Of a stretch of DNA of 64,000 nucleotides, positions 1 through 12,418 are shown piece by piece. The notes under the pieces were generated by a model. The model saw only the letters and a program-made list of their open reading frames with translations. It was not told where the DNA came from and did no database searches. The translations under genes and the position numbers were made by a program. The stretch's first letter is position 1, and every line of letters starts with the position of its first letter. Source of the DNA: Anthoceros angustus. Its lineage: Eukaryota; Plantae; Anthocerotophyta. Where the stretch lies: positions 558,001-622,000 of the forward strand of contig VJWM01000135.1 of the NCBI GenBank assembly GCA_010909165.1. Direction: 5' to 3'.

Positions 1-148
1 CCCGGCGAGCTCCTCCGCTGCCTTCCCCGGATCACCCGCCTTGCTTCCCCCTTGCGACTGGCCTGGCATGTCCAATGCCTGCGAGCCGTTGGGTTCCCTT
101 CTTGGAATTTATGTGCTGGCTGCAAATAATGCGTTTCTAGCTTTGCAG

Positions 149-2849
149 GACTCGGCCGCTGTGGCGGCTCCTCCAGCAGCAGCAGCAGCAGCCGCCCCCT
201 CTTATCCAGAATGGGCCGCAGCGTTTCAGGTCATGCTCGGATCTTCCAGACGCTCTTGGAACTGGGTTTGGAATGCTCTGCTGACGCGTTTAGGGTGTCT
301 TGGCTGTGGTGCAGGCGTATTACAGTTCTGGTGGGCAACCTCCACCAGGCTACTTTCCCCCTTCTGTCGCCTCCGGCCCTCAGCCTCACCCTTACATGTG
401 GGGTGGTTCGGTGAGTTTGGAGCTCAGCCGGCTGCCGGAGTTTTGTTGTGGTTAACATTTTTACCTGGAATCTCACGCTTGTGATCCATGCTCAGATGTT
501 ACCTCCGTATGGAACACCTCCTCCTCCTCCCTACGGTGCTATGTATCCGCATGGAGGAATGTACGCCCATCCTTCTATGCCACAGGTAAATGTGATGTGT
601 CAGGCTTGTAGTCGAGTTGGCTGGGATGCCCGTGCCATACATGGTTGCTTGAGGTGCCTGTGGTTTGGATCAGGGTGCTCATCCCTACACCCAGTACGGA
701 ATGCCATCACCTGGTGGACCAGAAGCCACTGCGGTATGTTTGTTTAGCCTCTTACATCTCGTCAGTGGGGGAGCCTACTCTGCTGCTGTTTTCATCTCTC
801 TTGTTTGGAATCTGCGGGTATGGATTGACATACTTAGGGTTGGTGTCTGTATCCAGCCTCAAACAGCAGGAACAGAGGCTGACGTCAAGACTGAAGGAAA
901 AGAGAAGAATCTTCTGAAGCGGTCTAAAGGAAGTTTAGGGAGTCTTGGAATGGGTTCTGGAAAAGGAAGTGAGAGTGCAAAAGGAAATTCAGCTAATGAG
1001 GTTTTCTCGCAAAGGTAGTTGTTGGCTGCTGCTTCAGTGTGTGATTGTGAGTGGAGCTCATGGCAGTTGTTATCCTCATCTTACATTTTCTTGGAGCATT
1101 TTGAAAGTCTCAGTGCAGGATTGCACTTTTTTCCAGTGCAGCAAGGGGAGTTGACCTCCAGTGAGAATGATAGCTGTACTTGTGTGTCTCCAGTGGTGAG
1201 AGTGGCAGTGATGGCTCAAGCGACGGAAGCGAGGAGGACAGTACGCCCAATGTAAAGTTTAAAACCTTGTCCCTGTGCAAGTTTGACCTTTCGCTTTATG
1301 TTGTTTGAGTAGCACGTTTACAGGTCGTGAGCAGCTAAACTGGGGCGTGCTGCTGCGCAGATGCTTCGGAAACGAAGTTTTGAGCAGATGACAATGGAAG
1401 GTGAGGCTCAAAGACCCACCTGTATGCAAGTGGGTTTATAATCTCACATGGTCTAGGCGTCTGGGTGCAATATCATATGGTCTAGTCTGTTGTCTGGTTG
1501 GTTGGGGCTGTAGAGTCCTCCACAGCATGGGAGTTTGCAGTTTGATCTTACCGAAGGTTTGACAGGAGTGGGAGTAGGAGGTTCTAGTATGCCTGCATAT
1601 AATTCACAACCTGGAGGTTCATATGTAAGTCCTGGCGTTCCAGCTGCGGGGACCACGTCAGGCCAAAATGTTGCTCCCCCCCACCTCGTGGGAAAGCCAG
1701 CTCCAGGTGGACCAACAACCAGTCTAGGTATAGGCATGGGAGGAATGGATTACTGGAGTGGATCGGCACCTGGAATGGCTGCTGGCAAGAACAAGCGGAA
1801 TCCAGGAAGCTCTGCCGGTGGAATTGTCCCAGGAACTCCAGGTACTCCACTGATGGGTGCCAATCGGGATGGAGTCCCTGCTGAGTTATGGTTGCAGGTA
1901 TACAATCGTCCCTCCTTTCACTTGTGACTCAAGCTCCGCCTTTGCTTAGCCCAGTCGACGAAGAGCTCGGGTTTCCTGCATTATCCCTCATTGCTATGTG
2001 TGGCTTAGCAGGATGAGAGGGAAGTTAAAAGGCAGCGAAGAAAGCAATCGAACAGGGAGTCTGCAAGGCGTTCCCGGTTGCGAAAGCAGGTACAGTTTGA
2101 CAGCGCTCTGTTGAAGGCTGCTGATGCTTGTCCAGTTGTTCGGAGAGTGGGCCATGTCAGCAGGAGCCCAATAAGGACTTTTGTCTAAGGGATATAATTA
2201 GAACTCTCTCGAACTGCATTGCCACATAGGCTGAGTGTGAGGAGCGTGGAACTCGTGTTGATGCTTGTCCAGTTGTTCAGATAGTGGGCCATGTCAGCAG
2301 GAGCCCAATAAGGACTTTTGTCTAAGGGGTATAATTAGAACTCTCTCGAACTGCATTGCCACATAGGCTGAGTGTGAGGAGCTTGGAACTCGTGTTGACA
2401 CACTCACAATGGAGAACGTGGCACTTCGCTCTGAAATCAACCATTTGAATGAAGAATGCAATAAGCTGAAAGCAGAGAATTCGGCCATTTTGGTAAGCCT
2501 GTCCCTTGTACCCGTGTGTCTGGAATGAATTCATGTTTGAGCCCTAGATTTTGTCACCTGTCTGTTGAATGGACTCATGTCTGTGGGGTGCTTTCAGGAG
2601 CAACTGAATAAATTGAGAGGAGGAGACGAGGGGCCCCCGAAAGAGCAACCTCCTAAGAACGATGAGGGTAGCATATCGCAAGGTGAAGGAAATGGAAAGG
2701 TTTCAGAGGGCTCGAAAAGTGGCAGTCCAAGACCAGGATCCGGAGGCCAGAAATCCTCAGGTAGGAGAGAAGATGAGTCGTTCGACTCTTCTGGGAAATT
2801 TTCATCCTTGGATGCTGGCAGCCGGCCGGAGGCTGTGGCAGCCGGCTAG
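149..2849 (+). CDS. GBF: G-group bZIP transcription factor (G-box binding factor-like), multi-exon, 5' end probably upstream of the window
   Basis: Spliced exons give the Pro-rich N-terminus (YPEWAAAFQ, PQPHPYMWG, PPYGAMYPHGGMYAHPS), the basic region KRQRRKQSNRESARRSRLRKQ (2030-2089), the zipper AECEELGTRVDTLTMENVALRSEINHLNEECNKLKAENSAIL and the C-terminal EAVAAG-stop typical of GBFs. Confidence 0.92.
2122..2398 (+). repeat. 137-bp tandem duplication spanning an intron 3' end, its acceptor and the start of the leucine-zipper exon
   Basis: 2122-2258 and 2259-2395 differ at 4 positions, with TGA microhomology at the junctions. Confidence 0.95.
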
Positions 2850-4116
2850 CAGTACCGGGTGTAGTTTGAGGTTGGCTGGAAGGGGTTGAAGGAAGTCATT
2901 ACTGGTAATGCGGTTTCAAGATTCTTCTGGTGAGCTTCAATCAAACAAAAACCCTTCGGAAACCCCTCGGAAAGGATCAGGTAAAGGATGTTAGGTAGTG
3001 GATAGAAACGTAGGCCAGCTATGTAAAATTCTATCTGTCGCAGACAGAGGGCAGTTCGTGATCGCTGTGCTTTTACTATTATTGGGCTACTACTAATCCA
3101 AAGGTGGGAAAACCACCTTAGAGACCAGCTTTCACCTTATCGTGGAGCTGGCCTACAGACAATGCCTCTTTGGTAAGCAGAGCAGGGTGGCAGTAGTTTT
3201 CCTGTACTATGATTTGTTTACCTGCAGTAACATGCCAAATTGTAGCAAGGCTTGGAAGTTGGCGTGTCCAGCATGGCAGTAGAATCTGTGTCTCTGTCTC
3301 TCTCCCCGTGTTGTGGCTCTTGGAGGGCAAGGACAGCCTCCTTTCTTGCTTGCAGGTGGTGGGTGAAGTTCCCACTGAGAAGAGAGCAGCATGGGACGCT
3401 TGCAGAAAACAGACACAGAAATTCGTAGACAGTGGCAGGGCTAATGAGAGGGCAGGGCAGGGCAGGGCCAGCCGTGCGCAGGCAGGGAACGTGTGATGAC
3501 AGAGAGGCTGCTCACGCCACGGAACAGTTGAAACATCTGCGTCGCACCTCAGAGGGCGTGTCAGAGCGTACGATAGGCTGGCGTCAGTGAGATGCATCAT
3601 TGCACAAGCTTTTCGCCAACTCCCAGAAGGAGGAAGGGAATCACACGCCCAGAGATCACTTGCCCGCACCCCACTTCCCTCCTGGGCCTGGCTGCTGCTG
3701 GCTCTTCTGCTTGCCAGCTGACTCCTGACACTCCGCCGCTTCGCGAATCGCGAATCCCAGTCCCAGGGACCCGGCCCGGCCCGACCCGTGCCACATTTCT
3801 CACGGCGTGCCTTTTCAGAACGGCTCTCCGGTTCTCAGCGTCTCGTTCCTCGGGATTCACGAGTCCAAGCCCTCGACGGGGCTGCCAGTGCTGTTGCTGC
3901 TCTTCACCCAAAACACACAAACACACACGAAGGGGTTCGAACACATCTTTTCCTCCTTTCAAGCACACTCGATTGATAACGAACATGGGTCTCAGCATCT
4001 CCTGGAATTATGCCCAACTCCTGCTTTCCCCACTGTACAAAGCTCCGTCTAGATTGTTCCATGGACCAGGGGAATGCATGGAGACTTGCAAACAGACACA
4101 CACGCTTCCAGGGTAT

Positions 4117-6133
<2,017 letters not shown>

Positions 6134-6449
6134 CACTTGCACCTCCCGAGCAGCAAGCAGCGCTGCACCTTCAGCTCTGCCAATTGCGTGGCCGAGGATG
6201 CCCAGTTCCTCCAATCACACTCCCCAAACGAGGTCCCAGGATTCGTCCCCTCCCCTACTGCCCAACAAACGCAACCCAGTGAAGGCATAGCCGCCATCGC
6301 AGGTGCCCACCAAGATCCCATGGATGTTTGACGCAGCCCACTGCCCGCCTCCTTCATCTCCAGTCCACTGCCAGTTCCCAGCAACCCAGCCAGCCTTCCA
6401 GGAGTAGCGACAAGTGTGCTCCTGTTGGCAGAAAATCTTTTCCTGAATC

Positions 6450-8280
6450 ATTATACAATTAAAATATACAACAATTTAAACACCTAATCATAAATCATCT
6501 TACTATCAAATAATAATAGCTGTGGATGGCCCATCGTTGTAGAAGAAGAAGAACAAGAGGAAGAAGGATTTTCGTCATGCTATGAGTTATGGAGAAATTT
6601 TCATCATGGGATGAGCTACTCCAACATGATATATAATATTAATTATTAAGACTTAATATTATAATAATTATATTTTATATGATTAATATTTAATTCTTAT
6701 TAAATTAAAATTTAATTCTATATGTAAGTTTATTTACATAGATAACTTTATCATTATTCTCTTTGGTTCAATGGAACAAGACTTAATTTCGTCTCGAAGT
6801 ACATTGAATAAAAATCAAAATGGTCTTTACTCGTCAAGTGCATGCACATTCGAATGTTTTAAGTCACATGAAAAACATAAGGGATAAATACATTGAATTT
6901 GTACACGAATGGACAAGGTTCATTGGTCGAATTGCTTTTGAGTGTCCATTCAAGGTATGTACATTGAAGAGAAGAGAAGTTGGGATCATCCACATTTCCA
7001 GCTGGACGCATCTATATTTCCAAAAATTACAGTTTGCTTGCGTCAGTGGGGTGGGAGATTGCGTTTTAACATTAGTGCCAATATTCGTCATCAAATGACA
7101 AAGCAGATATTGTCTTTGCTGATGGATTTGTGAGAAGGAAGGATTCCACTTACAAGAATTTAAAATTACCCTCAAAAATGCAAAAAGTACTTATCATCCC
7201 AATGGCATTTTCAATGATAGCAAGCTGCAAGCATGGCATGTTACCCACAATGATCACCCCATGCTATCACGTGAGCGGAATATCCACCGGGCACCCGGAT
7301 TATGCCGGGGGCTTTATTCGGGGTGGCAGAGATGACATAATTCGGCGCACATTTCCTTATCCAAAATTCCGAAATTCGGTTTGACGATTTCAAGAAAATC
7401 CGGATTGAAATGATGGGCAATGCGGGTGCATTGAACCTCGGCTGGGAGGCTGGAATCGGGTACTGTGCGCCGAGTAATAAGACAAAGTAAACAGGCACAG
7501 TAAGCGCAACAGTAAGAAAGAAGGTTGTTACCGCACGTCGTCCCCGAGAAGCGCAGGTGTCACCACCGGCGATGGACACTTCACCCACTTTGCATGCCCG
7601 TCACATCCGGGACGGACGGCACCCCCGTTCCGTTGGGGCCTGCCGAGCGTTCCGTTGTGCCATCATTGTCCGGTCGCTGGGGTGTCGGGGTCGCGTAACA
7701 TGACCCACTGGCGGGGCTCGGTGGCCGGGCCACAGGCTCGGTGGCCCCGTACGACGCGCGCCTTCACACTCATTCTATGTCCTCTCCCGGACCGAAGGAC
7801 CGAAGGAGACCCCCCGATGGGCCATGGGCCGTGATATTGACGACCTTGCACATGCTGCTGTACTGCCCACGCTGCTCCATGCCGGAAGCTTTAACCCATA
7901 CTTTGGGCCTAAGTACCACCACCCCTGCATGAGAGTAGATTTTTTTTTACTTTAGTATTTTGAAAATAAATCAAAACAACCCTGGGAGAGAAATCATGAG
8001 AGTAGATAGATAGATATTTTGATTTTGTTCCATGTCGACTTGGTTGTGGTCGTCCTTAGGAAGGGGGCGTCGGGCTCCCTCTAGTGAGTTCTTCAGCGTG
8101 AGATAGTTCGTAATCAACTTCAAACTTGAAGGGAAACCAAGATGCCCAAATCGACTCCATAATAGACATCCTTTATCATGGATTCACTCCACTGTATCTC
8201 TTAACATATAATTTTAGAAATATGATATATTTTATTGTTGGGTGAGTGGATAACTTTTGGTACATGGTGGCGGAGGAGGG
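6450..8280. other. AT-rich, degenerate transposon-like island of unassigned family
   Basis: Abrupt composition shift with very AT-rich tracts (6630-6730), stop-riddled frames, a GC-rich patch at 7300-7930 and no host-style exon/intron pattern. Confidence 0.35.
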
Positions 8281-9230
8281 TGTGATGTTCATCTAACAGC
8301 TCTAGATTCACGAGTTATGATAGTAGATAGGACGAGACATTGAATCCTGACGGGCGGACATTGAATCCTCATTGACTCTATCGTACGATGTGGGCGTCTG
8401 ACAGCGGTAAATGCATTGCAAGATCCCTTCCATAACTCTTTACACCATTGTATGTACATAGATAGATAAATTTGTAGATAGAGTTTGTTACACTCTGCAT
8501 GTATCGCATAGGGAAATATGTACACTGAAAGGTGCAAGCTAGCTCCATCCCTGTCGTGTGCCCACCTGACACCGTTAACTGTACTACAAGAGGTGTGATC
8601 CTCTGGCACCTCCTGTAAATCGCATCACGTGAGGGAGAAAACTTGTAGGACAGGACGTGCATGGGTGGCAGACACATCGTGTGCGTCAGATCCAAGAGTA
8701 CCATATCGACCTCCACTGAGCAATCCCACTCGGCTCAAGCTTGAAGAACAGACGGGCAACAACAAGACGTGCATGGGTTGGTTACGTTTCTCGAGGACAA
8801 GCAGGCGTCATGCCAACCCTAGCGTACAACACCACTGATACACCACTTCGGTCTCGTGGTCGTGGTGGTAGGAATGCAATGAGAGAGAGGCGCACTGCAC
8901 CGGTGAGTTTGGTGAGCTTGGATCCATCGTTCGTTGTACTCTACTTGCTTTGAATTTTCTAACCTCAAGCTCTTGGGTGAGATGGTATTGTGATGTGTAA
9001 TCATCTTGGTGAAGACATGTTTCTAGAGTCATTTATGTACATGTATGTTTCCATACACAAGCATGAATATGAGCGCCATTGTCATCCATGACTAGTGCAA
9101 TTCCACATCGATAGGAGCTTCACATACCACGTTCCAACTTTGAAGCTTACTTTGGACCATCTGAGGGACCCAACTTGTACGGACGGCGAGACTACATAAC
9201 CATTTCAATACTCTGAAGGACTACACAACA
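8281..9230 (+). mobile_element. Possible 3' LTR (~950 bp) of a truncated LTR retrotransposon
   Basis: A purine tract GGCGGAGGAGGG is directly followed by TGTGATG, a candidate end ...CACAACA lies at 9230, and short internal direct repeats occur (GACATTGAATCCT x2, GACGTGCATGGGT x2). No second LTR or gag/pol is seen. Confidence 0.3.
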
Positions 9231-9684
9231 GCTATAGTAATCTAGCAGATTCCGATTCCAATCAAATAAAGAACAAGGCAGATTTCTTGCGCATTTTGTA
9301 AGCCTTCTCCCTCCACCCTTCCGCAGCGGGCGAGGAGCTTCAAGTTGTTGAAGGTTTGACAGGAATGATGAGATGGACGCTGGGTATGCGCAATAAGAAA
9401 AACAGAATAGGACAGTGGGAGGAGAGGGACAGAATCTGGAGGTCTGGAGGAGGTGGGCTTTACTTGCTTCGCTCGCTTCACTTTGGTGCCGCGGGCTCCC
9501 GTGGAGTCGAGAGAAAGGTATAGAGTATGGTGAAAAGCAATGGCCCAGAGGGGCTGCGACCCAACGTACGGGATCTTTACATGCTTAAAATAAACGCAAG
9601 GTGCCGTGTGGGGCCGTGCGCGATGGTAGCAACGGGTCAGGTGAGTGACCTGGTCAGGTCGGAGCGGGTCGGAGCAGGTCGGCC

Positions 9685-9735
9685 CGGGTCGGGCCGGGCC
9701 CGGCTCCGGCGCAGCGCGGCGCAACATGTTGCGCC
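9685..9735 (+). promoter_or_regulatory. GC-box/site II-like cluster and an 18-bp perfect palindrome upstream of the FLZ gene
   Basis: CGGGTCGGGCCGGGCC at 9685-9700 and GGCGCAACATGTTGCGCC at 9718-9735, followed by a pyrimidine-rich patch typical of a TSS region. Confidence 0.4.
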
Positions 9736-10577
9736 TTTTTCTGGGACGCAGGGCGCAACCCTGGCCGTCCGTCCGTCTTTTGCTGGCACGCCTCCCGGCG
9801 TGGGCCAGTATGCTGGGGCCCCGCTTTCGCCTTGCGTACCCCGCTTGCTTTTCTCGGGACCCGGCCCTCTCCTCGCCTTCATAGTATTGCTCTCTTCCCA
9901 GGTTTCTTCCTTTCCTCCTCCCCCGCTCCCTGCTCGCATCGCCTGCCTCTCGGGAGCTCGCCCTCCTGCGCTCGCCTCGCCGCTCCGCCCCGCGCTGCCT
10001 TGGGCCCGGACTCCCGGCCTCCGCTTCGGCCCCGATCCTCCTGCCTCGTTGCTCATTCTTCCGCTTGCAACTCCGCGCGTTCTTGCGCGGCTTTGCGGAA
10101 GGCGATCGATCGGGTGCGGTGCGGGTTTGGCTGCGGTTCCTTCTCGTTCTGTGCGGGATCGAGATTGCGGTTTCCTGCTGAGTGCAATGCGGGTGAAGCG
10201 CGGCATTGCTGCTTGATTCCAACTTCGGATGCTTTGGTGGAGGAGTAGGCAATTGACGGTCTGTCAGTCGGTCGGTCGAGTCTTGAGCGAGTGCGGGGAC
10301 GGGGAGAGAGTCCCGATCTCGGAGAGGAGAGGAGTGCCGGCCCGAGGAGATTGTGAGGTCTTTGTGGCCGGGAGGGAGGAGTCGAGGGACGGGAGGTGAG
10401 GTTGTCGAGGGAGGACAGCTGGGAAGGGAAGGCCGGCCCGAGGTTGCCATTCTTGAACGAAGTGGCTGAGGAATGGCCGTGAGTGAAGTGTAGGAGCTGC
10501 GTTGAGGGAGCGGCGGTGAGGAAGGTAGTGTCTCGGCCCGCTCCAGCTCGGTGTCAGTTCAATTTTCAGACACGACG

Positions 10578-11513
10578 ATGCCTGGCAAGCGCCCGCGCCC
10601 CTTGCAGCGGACTCAGAGTATCGCGCATCTTAACTTTGATGACAATGCCAACCAATGCTCGCCTCTGCCGGAGCAGCAGCCGATAGAGAAGCAGAAGGCG
10701 GGGAGGGGCCCTGTCATGTGTGCCGCTCGGCAGGTCATCGGCTTCGCGCCGAAGGCCAATGTCGAGATCGATTTTGCCGAAAAGAAAGTGCCTTCCGCTG
10801 CTGCGGCCGGGGCCTGCCACAAGCCGTGCGGGCCGCAGCAGCGGTCGGGGCTGTGTGATTTGTTCTCGGGCGGCCGGCCCTGCTGGAAGAAAGACGCGCA
10901 GGGCATTGGCCTCGGGATTGCGCTGGAGAAGGAGCACGAGCCTTGTGGCGGAGTGAAGGGAGTGGCAGCAGCGGCCGCGGCGGCATCAGCACATCAGCCT
11001 GTGGTTTCTCCTCCGCGGACTCCCAAGGCCAGCACCCCGATCCCCATCCAGGGCTTCAAGCCCCGCTTCGAGCACCCGCCTGTGAGGACCCGGCCGGAGA
11101 GCTTCCTCTCCAAGGCGGTCGAGGCGGAGGAGCAGCAGATTGCGGCGCAGGCCGCTGCAGAGGAGGAGTCCGCGGACGGCAACAAGCTACTCTTCACGGC
11201 ACTGGCCGTGGCCGCCACTCCGCCTCCCAAGAGCATGCCTGCTGAAGCTGAAACCGGCTTCGCGGCTCTACATTTTTTGGATGCCTGCCACTACTGCAAG
11301 CGGATTTTCGGGGAAGATCGGGACATCTACATGTATAGAGGAGACAAGGCCTTCTGCAGCGTGGAATGCCGCCATCACCAGATTGTTCTGGACGAGAGAT
11401 TGGAGAAGTGCTCAGCAGCTGCCCTGGCAGGCAGTGCAATCACCCCTGCCCGGCACATGAGCCATCGGAACAGAGTCATGGCAGTAGCGGCCGGCACAGC
11501 CGCGGCTGCCTAG
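10578..11513 (+). CDS. FLZ: FCS-like zinc finger (FLZ/DUF581) protein, intronless CDS
   Basis: N-terminal [14 protein letters not shown] and the domain [37 protein letters not shown]. Confidence 0.93.
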   Translation: MPGKRPRPLQRTQSIAHLNFDDNANQCSPLPEQQPIEKQKAGRGPVMCAARQVIGFAPKANVEIDFAEKKVPSAAAAGACHKPCGPQQRSGLCDLFSGGRPCWKKDAQGIGLGIALEKEHEPCGGVKGVAAAAAAASAHQPVVSPPRTPKASTPIPIQGFKPRFEHPPVRTRPESFLSKAVEAEEQQIAAQAAAEEESADGNKLLFTALAVAATPPPKSMPAEAETGFAALHFLDACHYCKRIFGEDRDIYMYRGDKAFCSVECRHHQIVLDERLEKCSAAALAGSAITPARHMSHRNRVMAVAAGTAAAA

Positions 11514-12418
11514 AGCGAAAACCGTACTTTGAAGAACCCGAGCCGGAGTCGGGAGTCGGAGCCGTGATTCAAGACAGCCTGCCTCGCCTCTCTGGGTATA
11601 ACTTTTGTGTGCATACCGTGTAAAGCTTAACCACCGGAACAATCTAGGTAGATGTGACATACAAGGCACGAGAAGCTGCTGCTGCTGCTGGTGGCTGTTG
11701 CCTGACTTGCTACACATGCTGTGCTAGTTTTTGAAGCTGATCGAGGAAGCTCTCTCAACTTCCCTACTACCTTACATGTAAAAAACAAAACATGACACCC
11801 TTGTTCGATTTATTCACCCGATTATGTATTGCACGCAATCTTCCATCTCTGGGCTTCTTGCAATAAAGTGGAAGAGAGGTAGCTTCCTTCTCACAAGTTT
11901 TGATATTCCCCAAGCTGCCCTTCTCCAGGAGGCTGCAATCTTCTACGTGGTCCTCCGGAACTGCAGCACCAAGTGGCCCGAATCCGATCTCGTGTATTAA
12001 AAGCAAAACTTGGCAACCTGGTGGGTTGCTCCCTGCTGTAGCAACAGTTTCGCAGGGCTGGCTTCTGCCGGCCAGCCTTGCGTACTCCATAGCCAAGTTG
12101 CCAACTGCTGTTTCACCGCCTGCCTTTTACCATGCAGGGCAAAGGAGGTGGCCCCTTCTCGCTGTCAGGCATAGTATCCCCCAGGCCAGCAGTTCACATG
12201 CACATACATTCTACGTTCCAACAAGTTCGGAATGCGAGCGGATCACAACATGGGGACCATTTTATTATCGTCTACAGCAGTGTGTCGTGATCCATATCCC
12301 AAAGAATGATGTACACACCTAAACTACACGAAATATCTTGCAACTCGAGGTGTCGCGTCGTCAGCAGCGCGGTAACTCTATCCCTCTACATGCTGCAACA
12401 AAACCTGGGTACAGTGAG

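Noticed and set aside
3546-3606. C/D snoRNA-like pattern on the minus strand (ATGATGC ... CTGA x3)
   Set aside because: The C box is imperfect, the span is only ~60 nt, the terminal stem is weak, and I could not recognise an rRNA-complementary guide.
7285-7325. Faint resemblance to the reverse complement of an SSU rRNA segment (possible organellar insertion)
   Set aside because: The flanking universal motif (TTACCGCGGCTGCTGGCAC) is absent and the similarity is too short.
8100-8200. Minus-strand LLWSRFGHLGF resembling the Copia LWHxRLGH motif
   Set aside because: An isolated short match, in the opposite orientation to the adjacent PPT/LTR candidate, with no integrase zinc finger following.
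9101-9110. TTCCACATCG, resembling the plant snRNA USE
   Set aside because: It has one mismatch, no correctly spaced TATA box and no snRNA sequence downstream.
9242-10450. 402-aa minus-strand ORF and overlapping ORFs
   Set aside because: They run through the GC-rich FLZ promoter/5' UTR, are Arg/Pro/Gly low-complexity, and are expected by chance at this GC content.
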